A stretch of DNA of 64,000 nt from Bilabrum cf. latius. Lineage: Eukaryota. Numbering within the stretch: the first letter of the stretch is position 1; each line of letters starts with the position of its first letter. Positions 24,183 through 36,822 of the stretch are shown here, piece by piece. Below the pieces are notes generated by a model. It made no database searches. It worked only from the letters and a program-made list of their open reading frames with translations, and was not told the DNA's origin. A program made the position numbers and the translations under genes. The stretch covers positions 868,001-932,000 of the forward strand of contig OZ237741.1 of assembly GCA_965178125.1 (NCBI GenBank), in the 5' to 3' direction.

Positions 24183-26848
24183 ATGGCAAGGTGTGTCACA
24201 ATGCTACTAATAGGCCTGATCGGTTGTCAAGGTATGCCGGGCAACTAGTGGGGTTCCAGAGTGAGTGTTTCGAGCTAATTTTGCGCAAAATTGCCTAGCT
24301 TACGGCGACGCACCATTCTGTGCACCATCAGAAGTGTCTAAACTCCTTCGAATTGCAGAGTGATCCGATTCCTCAGCGCGTCAAGGCTGTACTGGACCAA
24401 ATGACCATGGAAGAACGCCAGCAGTAGCTGTACGCATGGCATAACGCGAACTCTTAGACTTGGCGCGGCTGGATCAAGACGTCGTGGGGCTCGTTAAAGC
24501 TGTCCGGCTTTTCAAACTCGAGCGCTGAGCCGATGGTAACTGCGCGTAACGCCGTATAGCAGTCTGTAATGAAAGAATCTAGGCTAGGGATCCCGATCGC
24601 TTGGCACCAGGAAACTTTGTTGAGTGCAGCTCCCGGCGCCACCAACATCCCGCTTCCCATAACGCTTGGCTCAACGTGGGACCCCACGGTTGTCGCGAAG
24701 ACCTACGAAATGGTGGCTTTGGAGTCGAGAGCTGCGGGTGCGGACGTGACTTACTTTCCGGAGCTCAACATGTACTCGGATCCTCGTTTCGGACGACTGC
24801 AGGAAGGCTTCTCCGAGGACGCAACCTTGACAGCAGAAATGGCTGCTGCATCTGTGCTTGCTATCCAGGGAGGAGCGGGCACACCTACCACCTATCTGCC
24901 CGACAACAACCACACCATTGCGCTCGCGAAGCACTGGGTAGCGTACGGGGACGCCGCTGGGGGGCAGAACGTGGGCGCGAATCGCATGGGAGACCGTCGA
25001 TTCAGGGACTACTATTTGATGCCCTGGGAGCGCATCATCAAGGACGCCGGGCTCAGGGGACTCATGCCCTCCCACCAGACTGCCTTTGACGTGCCGGTGC
25101 ACGGCAACGCTTGGCTTGGGCAGGCCGTTCTGCGGGGTGCCCTGGGCTTCGACGGTATCAGCGTGAGCGACTGCTCCGACGTGGGAGTCCTCATCCAGTG
25201 GGGGCTTGCCCAGGACTCGGAGCACGCTGCCGCGCTCGGCCTGAACGCTACCGTTGACATGGACAACGAGTGCGGCCCCAACCCCGATGGGACCTACACC
25301 TACTGGCATTCAGCTGACGCCGTGCGCGACGGTCTCCTGTCGGAGACGCTCTTCAACGCAAGCGTGAGGCGTGTTCTCCAGGCAAAGTTCGCGGCTGGTC
25401 TCTTCGACACGCCCTACACTGACCCCGCGCTCGCCCCTGCCGTGATCGCGACGCCCGCCCACGTCGCGCTCGCGAAGCAAGCCGCCACCGAGGGCATCAT
25501 CCTTCTGAAGAACGGAAATTTCACCCAGTACAACCAGGCCGACAGCCAGTGGGGCGTACCTTCTTCCGAGGGACACGGCAGCACGGCCGCCCTCCCCATC
25601 AACTGGCCGTCCTACTCGTCGATCGCGCTCATTGGCCCCCTGGCAGGCTGCGGCAATGAAATGGACAGCTCCAAGAACAACAAGGCCAGCAAAAGCAGTC
25701 ACCTGTGCACGGCCCAAGAGGCCTACCTCGGCAAGCCGCAGCACAGCTTTGGTGCCAATCTGTCTGAGAACACTCCCACTTACGCCGCCGAGCTGCTCAG
25801 GAGGGTCCCTGCAGGCACGAACGTATCCTACGTTGAAGGGGCCGGGATCGGCGATGCCCCTGACTGGGACAAGATTCAGCAGGCGCAGCAGGCCGCGGCA
25901 AATTCCGACCTTACGGTGTTTGTGGCCGGCGATACCACCAAGAGCTGCGCTGAGTGGGGGGACCGAGCCTCGCTGGAGCTGCCCGAGCCCCAAGGGGAGC
26001 TGCTGGCCCGCGTGCTTGCTGCGGCCAAGGGTCCCGTGGTCGTGGTCTTGGTGCACGGAAGGCCCGTGACCCTGACGCACAACGGCACGGACCTGCTGCC
26101 CCAAATCTCGGGAGTGCTCGCGACCTGGAGGGGGGGGCAGACTGCCGCAGTTGCCGGATGGGACGTGCTGGAGGGCAAGGCACAGCCCACGGGCCGGACG
26201 ACTTAGTCCTGGCTGCGGTCAGTGGGCCAGATCGGCGGACCGTCCAATCCATGGTGGCACCAGGTGAACGGCAAGTGGGACGCAAATCACAAGGGAGAGA
26301 GCACCCAGGTCGGGTACCTTGACGGCTACTGGAGCGGTAAGGGCAGGGAATCCGTACGGGGAGACTCAAGCCCACTCTTTCCCTTCGGCTACGGACTAAC
26401 GTACACGGGCTCGAAGTCCATCAAGTACGAATCTATCAGCGTGTCCAAGAACGCCGCAGAGGTCGCAGAGTCGAACCGCTGGAGGAGTGACGCGGGCGAC
26501 AAGGCCTCGGCAGCTCTGACGGTGTCGGTTGACCTGTCCAACTCCGGGGACGAGGATGCCTTCGAGACTGTGCAGCTGTATCTCGAGCCTCCCACGCCGT
26601 GGCCCATTGCACGCCCGGCCCGCCGTCTGGTTGGATTCCAGCGGATCCGCGTGCCGGCCAATTCCAAGGCGACGGCAAAGATCGCTGTGCTTGAGCGCTA
26701 CCTTCAGTTCTGGCTACCCGAGGCCGGTTCCCTGCTTGGATCACCCGACGCTGGGAGCCTCCAGATGCCTTCTGCGTCTGATTACAGCTTGTGCGCCGGG
26801 GGCCACTCTCTGGGCTGTGCTGTGTCTACCAAGGTGGCACTGCCTTGA
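24183..26848 (+). CDS. Secreted glycoside hydrolase family 3 (beta-glucosidase/beta-xylosidase), ~855 aa
   Basis: Inferred exons 24183-24260 and 24359-26848. Motifs SRLGIP, DPRFGRLQEGFSED, AKHW, VSDC (nucleophile Asp), EGIILLKN, GDRASLELP, PLFPFGYGLTY, and a C-terminal Fn3-like domain (ETVQLY, RRLVGFQRI). 5 in-frame TAGs; ends TGA. Confidence 0.92.
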
Positions 26849-26976
26849 TTCTGTAAAACGGATCTCGCGGACACAAATCTGAAGACCACTGCTTGGCTCG
26901 GGGCTCGGTGGTCCTCCTTGCGTGTTGACTACATTTCTTTATCGAAGTAGATTTATGAAAACCTGCAAACCACGAA

Positions 26977-29900
26977 TCACGATAACTCGCCGCGCAGGAA
27001 AGCCCGCCGTAGCCACACAAACACCCGCCGCTGCCGCGCTCGTCGCGCCAAGCGTTCAATAAACCGATTCTTCATCTTCATCTTCTTCTAATCCTCCAAG
27101 AACGGTCCCGACCAATGGTCCATAACCGCCTGCATCACCCTGCCGCGCTCTGTCGCCTGCGCCTCCACCCGTGCCGCTGCCTGCTGCCTCGACTTCCGCA
27201 GGAACTCCTCCCATTCTGGCAACCGCCGCCTCTCTCGGAAGGTTGGTACCGGCCTACCCAGCCTAACCTCTCTCTTCGCCACGGTAGAGCGCATCCATAG
27301 CTCGAAGCACAGGCCCTTGACCTGGCTTGGCCAAAGGATCCTGCCATCTGGCAACAGGATAGGCTCGCCGCGGCCTCCCCGCCGCGATCGCTCCTTGGAG
27401 TCTGCCGTGTCTTTGCCGTCCTACGCCCCGACAAGACCACCAGAATGCTGCTTGTGCTGCTCAAGCAGACCACTAAACACAAGGTTTCTCTTCTTCATGA
27501 TGCCTCCAAAGGCTGCCCGCAGCGCTGCAACGCCCTTGGAACGCAAGGCGCGTCGGTCGGCAGCCTCTGCCTTGATACAAAGCATGAATCGCTTCTTCAA
27601 GTGCGTAGCAATCTGCCCCAGCGATCGTCGGAGGAGCACTGGGGCGTGTGGGGTGGGAACCTTGTTGGCTATGCCGTCTAGGTGCCTGTCTCTCGCTGCC
27701 GTGCTGTGAGCCTTGATGCCAGGCCTCCATACTCGTCTCGTCAGGCGCCGGCATGCGTCGGAGCTGGCCGTCTCAAGGAGATCATAGAGGGAATGGGTGG
27801 CTGCTGGTGGGATCACAGTGGCACCTGGATGCCTTGGCAGCGTTTGTATTCCGTATGCCCCGCCCGTGGCTGCTCTCACTGCCTGCTCAGCGCATGAAAC
27901 TGCAAGGCTGGCCGCTCGAACGCACGGGGGTGCACCCAAGCCGAGTGCGAGCGGGTGCAAATCGGAGTCTTCGGGCGTTGCTGCCAAGTGTGCTCTCTGC
28001 GACTGCTTGGCTTCCATCAGAAGGTATCCACCCGCCTTGGATATCTCGTCTTCGGCCTCGCTCTTGTCGTTGTCCTCATCCGGCCCTGTCCTCTCGCTTT
28101 CTACTTGGCTATCACCCCCTGCTTGCCCTGACTAGTTCCTAGGCAGCGAGGCACTAGCACCCCCGCCGCGTACTTGATCAAAAAGGTTGTTTGCTATTGT
28201 ACCGTCGGGACTCTCACCAGCGTAGATGTGGCTAGCCGCCGACAACAAGTCTGCAGGTGCCTGTGCTACTCTAACAGCCGCGGAGTGCAGCTTCTCCCTG
28301 ATCCATGAACGCCTCCTTGCAGCGTCCAGTCGCTGCTGCCTAGCCTCGTTCGTCTCGTAGCTCACCACTTTGGCCAGTGCACCTAGCAGACCGCCTGCCC
28401 TACCACGACGCTTGACACCCCACACTCCGCCCCGACCTTGGTCATTATCACTATCACTGCTGCTGCTGTCAGACTCAATGTGTTGTCCAGCCACTACGCT
28501 CGGCTTCGTGCTGAGGCCTAATTCCTTGCCAACTGCCTCGCTCTCGAATCCCACGCTTCTACTATGCAAACTCTCCGGAGCTGCAGCGGCCCGCGACAGC
28601 GAGGGCTCCCCAGCTTGTGTGCCAGGACCCTCCGCACCGGCAGATGGCTCGTTGCCGATACGCTCTGGCATCTACACGTCAGGTTGCCCAGCTTGAGGCT
28701 GTTCCTATCCATGTGCAGCATGTGCAGGCACCTGTTCACTTTCTGGATGACTCGCACGTCCTACTGAAGGCCCTAGGTCAGGTTGGTGCAGATGCAGGCC
28801 AGGCATCCACCACGGGGGCCGATACTTGAACGTGCCTCCCAAGGACGCTCGCCTGCCTCCTCGGGCTGGTCTCGCGGCAATTGCTCCCCGCTACCTTCCT
28901 TGCACCTCGCCGAGCGGCTCATCAAACCACTCGTCAGCGCTTGCGGCCAGCACAAGCCTACATGCTAGCTGCAATCGGATGGCTTGTCGGTCGATAGAGA
29001 TGGCTTTGGCGCCAGCAAGATCACCCTCCATGCTCGTTGCCGACGACCCTTGCTCTGAATCGACCGCATTGCCGTTTAAGCTTCCCAGCAGCTGCTGCTG
29101 GTGCCGCATCGCCACGCGCCTTGCCTCTCTCTGCCTGTCAAGTGCCTCCGACAGTCCCACATTCAGCACCATCCTATACGTCGCCTTTCGCTCCAGGTAG
29201 TAGAACTTCCACCTTGCAAACACTTTCTTGGCCCTCCAGCTGACAAGGAACCGCCGCATAAATGCGTGCTGACTCCACGCCTTGAAGACTGGCCGGGCGA
29301 CGAGCTCGAACCGCCTGTTCGCCACGCGGCGCCAGCGGCGTCTCGCAATGACGCGCCTGGTCCACTCGTGGATTCGTTGGGCGCAACGGCGCCGCCGTGC
29401 TGCGGCCACGTATCTTGCTACTGCCATTTCGTCCTCGTCGTCGTCAGCTAGGGCTGCTCGAGCAGCAGAGCTCAAGTTGACGTGCAGTGGGTGAGAGCTG
29501 GCGCTGGACCGGCGCCCGGTCAATCGCTTGCTGCGGGGCAGCAGGCCGTGCGTTCGAGGGCGATTGCTGCGCCACGTTTCTTCAAGCTTGGGCTGATGCT
29601 GCTGCAGCCGACGGAGCCTAGACGACGGTCCAGCCGTTGATGGTCTCTGCATAGGAGACATTGCCGTGCGAATGAAAGCATTTGGATCATCGTGCGCGTC
29701 CAGAAACGCACCTTCGCTGGCCCTGCTCGCGGCAACAGACTGTGGACGACGCATTCTCGGCGTTTTGGCCACCCCGTTGGCATTGCTACTCCGCCTGACT
29801 GTGGCTGGGCCATGAAGCTGCTGCAGGGATCGAGCTCCTCCAGGTGGGCGCCGCAATGCTTTGGCTGGTGACGTGCTCGGCCTACTTGAACCATCTGCTG

Positions 29901-31062
29901 GAAAACCAGCCTTGTCTAGGACCCCCTTTGACCTGACCTAGCCTCTAGCTGTGACGATGGCCTACCCGGGCCTAGCGTAGGCAAGCCGCCCAATTGTGCT
30001 TCCTTCCTCGGTACCTTTTAGTACGCTTGAATCGCCGTCTAGGCCCATTGATGCCTCGCTCAAGCCAACGATGGCACGAGCTCGCGCAATCGCGTCGCGG
30101 GCGTACCGACTGTCAGACAGCATTGCAGCTGCGTGCTGCTTGGATCCCACTGCGAGCGAGCGGCCCGATTGCACGGCCGACCTAGATCTACCGCGATCTG
30201 GAGCCGGAGCCCACCCAGCGGTACCAATCTCACCGGACCGAAATTGGCTGGGCTGTTCGGCAACAGAATCCAGCCCAAAAATCCCGACGCTGTCGTGGAG
30301 TTCGCCACCGCCCAAACCCCCGTCCGCTCCACCGCCACCATCACTACGGTCGCCGGGACCTCGGTCAAGATCGCCAAGCCTCGAGCGAAGGGAGCCCACC
30401 AGCGGTGGCATGCGCGAAGCAGGCGTGCCCAAGGCTGTTCGCATAGGTGACGATGGTATTTCGTGCCAGTTTTCTAGCGAATCCATGGATGGCTGCCACG
30501 GCCCGGGGCGGGTGCCTGCATTGACGGCGTCTCCACCCATGGCTCCGCTAGAGATAGCCGTCGCAAGCATCACCGAGGGAAGTGAATGGCATGAATCGTT
30601 AGCTGCTGCCATTCGTCGGCGGGTCATACTTATACCAGCCCCCCTAGACAGGGGTCTTCGTGGTGTTCTGCTCGGCGGTGACTGCAAGGCATGCATACCC
30701 TCGACTTCTGCTGCTTGACTAACACGTCCACCTCGCGACATTCGCAGGGAGAACATAACCTTTGAAGTGCCGTATCCGGCAGAAGGCCGGCTCGTAGAAT
30801 CCTTGCGTTCATTTTGTCCCGCTTTTCCGGGACTGGCACGCTATCGGAGATTTCGCCCAACGCTACTGTAATCTTGCCCTGTTGCCTGCCCCCCTGCGTG
30901 TGCCCTACTGTATCTATCGAGACGACCACCGAAAAAGGCAGATAAAACTATGCGTTCTACAGGCTCCAATTCCCGGGGCAAAATGTGCACGCTTGAAGAG
31001 GAAGCCTTGGAGCTGCTGTATTCGTTAGGTTGACTTGTTTCAACCTTTCTCCTCCATGACAT
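26977..31062 (-). CDS. Uncharacterised basic/low-complexity protein with Trp-containing helical repeats (SFI1/IQ-like), ~1,360 aa
   Basis: ORFs 30841-31062, 29962-30756, 28891-29856, 28132-28671, 27421-28017 and 27088-27354 share one frame joined by 9 TAGs with no TAA/TGA until TGA at 26979-26977. Segment CAQRIHEWTRRVIARRRW...PVFKAWSQHAF...KKVFARWKFYY. Confidence 0.65.
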
Positions 31063-31184
31063 GCTAGATACCAGGCCTCAGGATTGATAGTACTATTGAT
31101 TATTGCAATGAAATAGAATGCTGCTCATGAATCGATTCAATTCAAGAGAAATCTAGGGATGTATTTGCAACTGAAGCTCATTTC
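31063..31184. promoter_or_regulatory. Putative bidirectional promoter (uncharacterised gene / P5A ATPase)
   Basis: Short AT-rich gap between divergent genes. Confidence 0.45.
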
Positions 31185-34100
31185 ATGCTTCATCTTCCAA
31201 ATTTACAGATGGTTGCAACCACCCAACTCCACGGCCGACAGCCAGCTGTGACCACAAGGAGAATGTCAGCCGCTCATGGAAGAATATCCGATGCTGCGTC
31301 GAAGGTGATTGAATCACTGTAGCCGCTAGTTCCTGTTTCATGGATGCTGCGCTTGGATCTGCTCCCATTCGCGATCCTGTACCTTGCAAGCGTGGCGGTG
31401 TGGCAGCTGCAATCGGATGAGACTTTGAGTTTCTGCGGCTTTGTTGCCCTTCCCGTCACCGGGCTACTACATGCCCTATTTTTCCTGCTGTAGTACTGGT
31501 TTCCGGGATTCCTGGTATTCATTGGGTGGCGCAAAGTGAGTATTGCAATAAGGAACGTGCGGATTGTCATAGCATTCGCAAGCGCAGAGTAGAGCAGCAG
31601 CTCATTTGTTGAATACCCCCGCAGACATCGTTTGAGAAATGCACTCACTTGATTGTGCGGCCCCTACAGAACAGTGGCGTTGCTAGGATCGTGCCACTGC
31701 ACGCTGGCCCGTTCGAAGTGATGCCCCTCCCAAAGACTGAATCTCCCCTCAAGTCGTTTGACATCGACAGGGCATCACCTGGCTGTCATCCGACCGAGGC
31801 CAAGATCAAGTCGGCTTGCATGCAAGCACCAGCACCTCTTGATGTGGCTCGCGGCGCGCTGCCTACCAAGGGTAGAGAGTACCTGTGGTTCGACTTTCAG
31901 CAAGTGCGGTTCGTGATGGCGAAGCGTGCCGCTGACGACTCCAGCAAGCCAACAGAAACATTCCAATTCTATCCAATCGGATTCCCGGGGGGGCGAGAGC
32001 TGGAGTGGTACTGCAACCAGAAGGGGGTGCAGGGGCGCCAGGCGGCTGGCCCCAGGCGGGCACGGTACGGCAGGAATGAGCTGCCCATGCCTGCACCCAC
32101 CTTCGTTGCCATGTTTCAGGAGCATGCGCTGAGCCCTTTCTTTGTGTTTCAAATCTTCTGCGTGATCCTGTGGATGCTAGACGATTACTGGTACGTCAGT
32201 CTGACCACCCTGGGTATGCTCGTCATGATGGAATCCATCGCTGTGGTGCAGCGCATCGGCAACCACAACCAGCTGCGCTCCATGAGACCGCGACCGGGCA
32301 CATGCCTGGTCTATAGAGAGGGCGAGTGGCAGAGGGCCTCGAGCGCGGCACTGCTGCCCGGAGACATCGTCGCAGTGGGCCGGGGCATCGTCCCGCCGCT
32401 GGCGGCGGATGGGGTCGCGAACGGTGTCTTTGCTGCCGACGACGACGTCTCCATGGAGCGCGAGGAGGAAGAAGCTGAAGCAAAGAGGAAGAAACAAGCC
32501 ATGGGCAACACGAGGACGGGCGTCATCCAGAGGGTCTGGAAGATGCTGACGTCGCCGCGGCCCGAGGCCGACCCGTTGGTGATTCCCGCCGACATCCTCC
32601 TCCTCCGCGGAGGTGTGGTCTCGAACGAGGCAATGCTGACCGGAGAGTCTGTGCCCTAGCGGAAAGAAGGCTGCGCAGACGCCGCAATGGATGCTGTTCG
32701 GGCTGCCGAGGAGGAGCAGGAGGCCGCGCAGGAGGACGGCACAGCCGCCGCTGATGCTGACGGGTTCCTGGATGCCCTCACGAACGACGGCGTGCCAGAC
32801 CTGAACAAATGGGTGCAGCACCATGCCAGACACGTGCTGTTTGCTGGTACCAAGGTGGTGTCCCATTCCAATGCAACAGGTCCGGAGGCTGCGAGCAGCG
32901 ACGGATCTGCAGCGAGCGAGGCCTTCGCAGCAGCGGAAGGGAGCAGTGATCCGACTGGGATCCCACCGCCGCCAGAGGGCGGGGCGATCGGCTATGTTCT
33001 GCGGACTGGATTCGGCACCGCTCAGGGGAGCTTGATGCGTAGCATTCTGTTCTCGCAGGGCAAGGTGTCGTCTGCCTCGTGGGAGGGCCTCGCGTTCATC
33101 GGCTTCCTTCTCATCTTCGCCATCGCATCCAGTTCCTTCGTGCTTGTTCACACGTGGGAGGAAGAGGGCCGTGATAAGTGGAAGCTTATCCTGCACTGTA
33201 TCATGATCATCACGTCAGTCGTGCCTCCCGACTTGCCAGTGCAGCTGTCCATGGCCGTGAACGCTTCCCTGGCCTCCCTCGCGACCAAGCAGGTTTTCTG
33301 CGTGGAGCCATTTCGCATCCCCAAAGCGGGTCTCGTGGATACCTGCTGCTTTGACAAGACAGGAACGCTCACACGGGACCAGCTGCTCGTTCAGGGATTC
33401 GCAAAAGCCGGCGGTGCCAAGGCCTCGGGTGGTCGAGGTGCAGCAGCTTCTTCGTCGTCCAAAAAGGCCGGCAGCGGCGATCACTTCCCTCCTGCCACAG
33501 AGCTCATTCAGGGTGCCAATGCTCTTGACAGGGACGCTCTACTCGTTCTGGCCGGATGCCACTCGCTGTCAGACCAGCAGCAGGCCGGTGACGAGGACGG
33601 CAACGCCAAAGCTCGCAAAGACCCCGACATCGAGGACTCGGACAGTGACGAGGACGAGGACGGCTCTGACCCGACACGGCCATCTGGGGACCCCCTCGAG
33701 GAGGCTGCCCTGCAGACGATCGGGTGGGGCGTCATGGAGTTCCAGGACCTGGGCCTGACGGTCTCTTTCCCCAGCGCTGCAGCTGCCAAGGCCGCGTTCC
33801 AGGCCCAGGCCTCGCTGCGCAAGCGGCAAGCCAAGGCCGGGTCAGATGCCGCTGCTGCCGCAAACCCAGGCAGTTCACTGGCAGCCGCCAAGGCCGGATC
33901 GAAGGCGGCGAAGCCCCAGGCGCTCGGAGACCCTCGCGACCGGGCCGTGGTGCTGCGACGGTGGGCTTTCAGCTCGGCCTCCAGACGGATGACCACCGTT
34001 GTTGCTGTCACCAAGGGAGCTCAGGGGGCGGAATTTGGTGCCGGTGCTGTGTCTGGCAGCTCTACCCGACCGGAACCAGGGTCGCTTGCCGGGCTTCGCG

Positions 34101-36709
34101 TGCTTGTGAAGGGTGCCCCGGAGGCAGTCCGAGGGCTCCTCGGCGCCGTGCCCAAGGGATTCGACGAGGCGGCGCGTGCCCTGGCGCATGCCGGCTACAG
34201 GGTCATTGCCCTTGCCTGGAGGAACATCGATGCCAGGGATCTGCCGAGCGGCAAGGGCGGCGGCAAGTAGGCCGGTGGCGGTTGGGGCAGGCTGCAAGCC
34301 GTGGCGAAGCAGGCAAAGCACCTGCCTCGCAGCGTAGCAGAGACTGGGCTCATCTCGGCGGGATTCCTCGTCCTTGATTCTCCGCTCAAGGCCGATACAA
34401 CTGCGGTGATCACGCACCTTCGAGAGGCCAGCATGCGCTGCATCATGATCACCGGTGATGCTGCCCTCACAGCTGTGGCGGTGTCGAAGAAGTGCGGCAT
34501 CATCGGAATGCCAAAGGCGGCTGGTCCTGCCAGCGCCGCGGATCTCAGCCTGAGCAACGTCGATGCGTTCAGCTCAGCTGCGAAAGACGCAGCAACGGTG
34601 GTCTGGATCTTGGAAGAGAAAAAGGGCAATGAGAGCGATGACGGCGAGAGCAAGTCGCCTGCATGGGCTTCTGGGTCTCATTGGATGGTTGTCAAGGGCG
34701 GCAAGCGGAGCGCTCCAACCGTGGAATACAAGCCGTTCACCCCCGACCCTGCCACATGGGGGGGAAAGGGCTCCTCGCAGGAGCACACGGTACTGTGCTG
34801 CACCGGTGCCGGGCTAGAGCCGTTGCTGCAAGCAGCTCGCGAGGAAATGCGAGCTGTGAAGGCCAAGGCCGCTGCAGAGGCTGAGCGAGCCGGGAAGTCC
34901 GCTGCCGCGATCAGTGCTGCCGGTGACGACGTGGCGGCGGAGGAGCGTGGGCCCGCATCGAAGACGCTCGCTGAGATCGCCCGCCGGGCACGCGTGTATG
35001 CAAGGGTCTCTCCGCCGCAAAAAGAGAGCATTGTGGCTGCACTGAATGCAGATGGCAGGCATACGTTGTATTGTGGCGACGGAACCAACGACGTCGGCGC
35101 GTTGAAGCAAGCTGCAATCGGAATTAGCATTGTCTCAGACCCAGACGCTGAAGAGACGTTGGAGCGGGTCATGGCCGATCGAAAGGAGCTGCAAAGGGCG
35201 TCGCAGGCACTGCGAAAGACTGGCGTGTTCTCTGGAGATGCAGCGACGACCGCAAGCGTCGCGTCAATTGCGCAGAAGCTCGGATAGGAATCAAAGGAAA
35301 TCGCGAGCAACCAGAAGACGGCTAGAGGTCGCAAAAAGCCCAAGGGCAAGGGCGGCAAGAAGAAGGGCGCAGCGGACGATGCCTCTGGGGATCCGATGGC
35401 ACTCGCCAGGAAGATTGCCGCCGAGAAGAATCCAATCTTGCAGAAGAAGATTGCCTAGGACGAGCTGCAGAAGACGTGGAAACAGATGCAGCAGGAGATG
35501 AGCGGAGCGATGGGCGGGGTGCGATTCGGAGACGCCTCAATTGCTGCTCCATTCACGTCAAAGAACCCCTCCATTGACGTCGCAAGCAGGCTGCTCCGGC
35601 AAGGACGCGGAACCCTTATGACCACTCAGCAAATGTTTAGGATCCTTGGCGTAATTTCGTTGGTGGTGAGCTATCAGCTGTCTGTGCTCTACATGTATGG
35701 CGTGAAGACGGGCGACTGGCAGGGAAGCATCGTTTCTATGGCCACGGCTGGCTTCTTCATGTCCATCTCGTTCTCGACGCCGCTGGAGAAGCTCGCGCCT
35801 CAACGCCCTCACAAGTCCGTGTTCCATGGCGCGCTGGTCAGCAGCGTGCTGTTCCAGTTCGTGGTGCATGTCGCCGCGCTAGCCATCGTCTCCCAGTGGT
35901 GCCTGCCGTACATCAAGATGGTACCCAACGGAACGTACGACGCGCGTGATGAGGCGCTTCGGCGCAACATGACATCCAGCGGTGACATTGACGCGCTCGG
36001 GGCCGGGGAGGTAGAGTCTGCTGGCCTCCTGTCTTCGCTCGAAGTAGGCGCAGAGGGAGACATGGAGGGCGCTGGGCTCGGCTTGGGCCTGGGCTTGGGT
36101 GGTGAGGCAGCTGATTTTGACCTCGAGTCGGATGTGGACGAGCTGGCATCTGCGCAGCTGTTTAGCAAGGTGGCTGGCTCTGGCGGTGGCAGTGGGGACG
36201 GTGCGCAGGTTGGTGGGTTGATGGGTTGGCTGATCGACATGTCAGGCGATGATGCCCCCGAGGTCAACGAGGATGATTTCCTCTCCGCTTATGAGAAGAG
36301 TCCCAGCCTCAAGAAGGCGGCCGAAGCTGGAAGGCGGGGGGAGGTGGTCGAGGTCGAGATGGACGGGCACTTTGTTCCGAATGTGATGAACACTGCCATG
36401 TTCCTGGTTAGCACAGCCCAGCAGGCCTGCACCTTTGCAGTCAACTACAGCGGAAGGCCTTTCCTCCCGTCCCTGTTTGAGTACCGGCGCCTCGTAATGC
36501 TTACAATTGCATTGCTAGGTGGCGTGGTGGCATGCGCGACGGGGGCAGTCCCAGAGCTGAATGAGTACCTGCAGCTGGTTGTGCTGCCCACGGAGGGGCT
36601 TCGCACCGGCGTTGTGACGGTGGTGCTCGTGGACGTTGCCTTGTGCTTTGGATTCGAGATGTGGACCAGGCGTGCCCTTGGACACGTGAGACCTCCGAGA
36701 GACGACTAA
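31185..36709 (+). CDS. ATP13A1: P5A-type ATPase (ATP13A1/Spf1 ER transmembrane-helix dislocase family)
   Basis: Exon 1 from ATG 31185 (alternatives 31209, 31263) to 31535, intron 31536-31624, exon 2 31625-36709. Motifs PFFVFQIFCVILWMLDDYWY, LTGESVP(Q)RKE, VPPDLP, CCFDKTGTLT, VKGAPE, MITGD, GDGTNDVGALK, GDASIAAPFTSK, GRPFLPSL. 6 in-frame TAGs; ends TAA. Confidence 0.93.
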
Positions 36710-36822
36710 CGCCGCGGTGGAACGTTGTCGCAATCCGGCGCACTCATTTAGCTGATATTTGATTGAAACAAGAAACTCCAGATGAAATTTGAAATACATT
36801 CTGTTTGCGCAAACCTGATGTT

